A stretch of DNA of 64,000 nt, taken from NCBI GenBank assembly GCA_030390025.1, contig CM059425.1:30134001-30198000 (forward strand), in the 5' to 3' direction. The translations under genes and the position numbers were made by a program. Shown in pieces: positions 61,770-64,000 of the stretch (positions within the stretch are counted from its first letter, which is position 1; each line of letters starts with the position of its first letter). The stretch is from Squalus acanthias (Eukaryota). A model generated the notes under the pieces. That model had not been told where the DNA came from. It saw only the letters and a list, made by a program, of their open reading frames with translations, and ran no database searches.

Positions 61770-64000
61770 TAGAGAGCAAATAATAAAAATGACAACAGAG
61801 AAGGTCATAGACTTAGGTAGCAGTGGGGAAATTAAAAACCAGAGTGTGTCAGGAAGGGGCAGAAGGTATGGAGTAAAAGGTAAAGTAATAAAAAGGGCAA
61901 AAGCAGGAACTAAGTGTCACAAAACATATTTGAAAGTTCTCTATCTGAATGCACGTAGCATTCGTAACAAAATAGACGAGTCAATGGCACAAATAGCTAC
62001 ATATGGGTATGATCTTGTGGCCATTACAGAAACATGGCTGCAGGGTGACAATGCCTGGGAATTAAACATACCAGGTTATTTAACGATCAGGAAGGACAGG
62101 CAGGAAGGAAGGGGAGGTGGGGTGGCTATGTTAATAAAGGAAGGAATCACTGTAATACAGAGAAATGATATTGGGTCAAAAGATCAGGATATGAAAGTTG
62201 GGTGGAGATAAGGAATAATAAGGGGAAAAAACACTAGTGGGCGTAGTCTATAGGCCTCTGAACAGTTGCAACTCTGTTGGACGGAGTATCAATCAGGAAA
62301 TAGTTGAGGCTTGTAATAAGGGAACATCTATAATTATGGGGGATTTTAACTATCATATTAATTGGACAAATCAAATTAGGCAAGGCTGCCTTGAGGATGA
62401 GTTCATTGAGTGTATTAGGGATGGGTTTCTTGAGCAGTATGTAACTGAACCGACCAGGGGGCAAGCAACCTTAGATCTGGTCCTGTGTAACGAGACAGGA
62501 TTAATTAAAAATGTCCTAGTAAAGGATCCCCTTGGAATGAGTGACCATAACATGGTTGAATTCCATATTCAATTAGAGGGTGAGAAGGTTGGATCTCAAA
62601 CAAGCGTGCTAAGCTTGAATAAAGGAGACTATGAAGGTATGCGAGCGGAATTGAGTAGAGTGGACTGGGAAAATAGATTAAATTGTAAGACGATACATGA
62701 TCAGTGGTGTACATTTAAGGAGTTATTTTACAACTTCCAAAAAATATATATTCCACTGAGAAGAAAAGGGTGTAAAAGAAAAGACAGTCATCCGTGGCTA
62801 AGTAAAGAAATTAAGGATAGTATTCGACTAAAAACAAGGGCTTATAAGGTAGCCAAATCTAGTGGGAGGATAGAGGATTGGGGAAACTTTAAAAGACAGC
62901 AAAAAATAACAAAAAGATTGATTAAGAAAGGGAAGATAGATTATGAAAGTAAATTAGCAAAAAATATAAAAACAGATAGTAAGAGTTTTTATAGTTATAT
63001 AAAAAGAAAAAGGGTGGCTAAAGTAAATGTTGGTCCCTTAGAGGATGAGACCGGGACATTAATGGTGGGAAACATGGAGATGGCAAATACACTGAATGAA
63101 TATTTTGTATCAGTCTTTACAGTAGAGGACACTAAGAATATCCCAACACTGGACAAACAGGGGGCTATAGGGGGGGGAGGAGCTAAACACGATCAAAATC
63201 ACTAAGGAAGTGGTACTCGGTAAAATAATGGGACTCAAGGCAGATAAATCACCTGAACCTGATGGCTTACATCCTAGGGTCTTGAGGGAAGTGGCAGTAG
63301 GGATTGTGGATGCATTGGTAATAATTTTCCAAAACTCCCTGGACTCAGCAAAGATCCCGGCAGACTGGAAAACTGCTAATGTAACACCCTTATTTAAAAA
63401 GGGCAGTAGACAGAAGGCTGGAAACTACAGACCGGTTAGCCTAACATCTGTGGTAGGTAAAATTTTGGAGTCCATTATTAAGGAGACAGTAACGGGACAT
63501 TTGGATAATCATAATTTAATAGGACAAAGTCAGCATGGTTTTATGAAGGGGATGTCATGTTTGACAAATTTGCTGGAGTTCTTTGAGGAAGTAACATACA
63601 GGGTGGATAAAGGGGAACCAGTGGATGTGGTGTATTTAGACTTCCAAAAGGCATTTGACAAGGTGCCACACAAAAGATTATTGCTTAAGATAAAAAATCA
63701 CGGGATTGGGGGTAATATTCTGGCATGGATAGAGGATTGGCTATCTAACAGAAGGCAGAGAGTTGGGATAAATGGTTAATTCTCAGACTGGCAATCAGTA
63801 ACTAGTGGTGTTCCGCAGGGGTCAGTGCTGGGTCCCCAACTCTTTACAATCTAAATTAACGATTTGGAGGAGGGGGCCGAGTGTAACATATCAAAGTTTG
63901 CAGATGATACTAAGATGGGAGGGAAAGTAGTGAGTGAGAAGGACATAAAAAATCTGCAAGGGGACATAGACAGGCTAAGTAAGTGGGCAGAGATTTGGCA
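61770..64000 (+). mobile_element. CR1 LINE ORF2 (APE endonuclease and RT), disrupted, runs off the window end
   Basis: LYLNARSIRNK, AITETWL, GVVYRP, MGDFN, SDH, GNYRPVSLTS, YLDFQKAFDKVPH, SGVPQGSVLGP, KFADDTK; frameshifts near 62.2 kb and 63.18 kb (poly-G) and a stop at 63777. Confidence 0.96.

Noticed and set aside
61770..64000. Intact, active CR1
   Set aside because: Two frameshifts and an in-frame stop at 63777; ORF1 not seen.

Overview
Vertebrate genomic DNA, most likely a cartilaginous fish (shark); this is inferred from the repeat content (CR1 LINEs with (TTCTATGT)n tails, SacSINE1/DeuSINE-like SINEs, Penelope-like elements, Harbinger MITEs). The window is the interior of a + strand voltage-gated potassium channel gene, KCNH5 (Eag2/Kv10.2). 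Four coding exons are present (16754-16860, 35910-36038, 45030-45145, 45732-46124; PAS C-terminus through S3), with AG/GT boundaries and matching phases. The flanking exons lie outside the window. The rest is intron, densely filled with transposon relics, mostly antisense to the gene. Most notable observations: (1) four minimal type-I hammerhead ribozyme motifs with a covarying stem II in Penelope-like 3' ends, one still linked to a GIY-YIG endonuclease remnant; (2) a 1408-bp TG...CA solo LTR with a 4-bp TSD, TATA box and polyA signal in sense orientation; (3) a 24-bp minisatellite that multiplies the Pol III A-box of a tRNA-derived retroelement head about 23 times; (4) an 86-bp TSD-flanked insertion forming a perfect 24-bp-stem hairpin; (5) many PIF/Harbinger MITEs, several carrying consensus splice donors. 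No prokaryotic-type system (CRISPR, operon) is present. All family assignments come from motif recognition only, with no database search, and many repeat boundaries are approximate.
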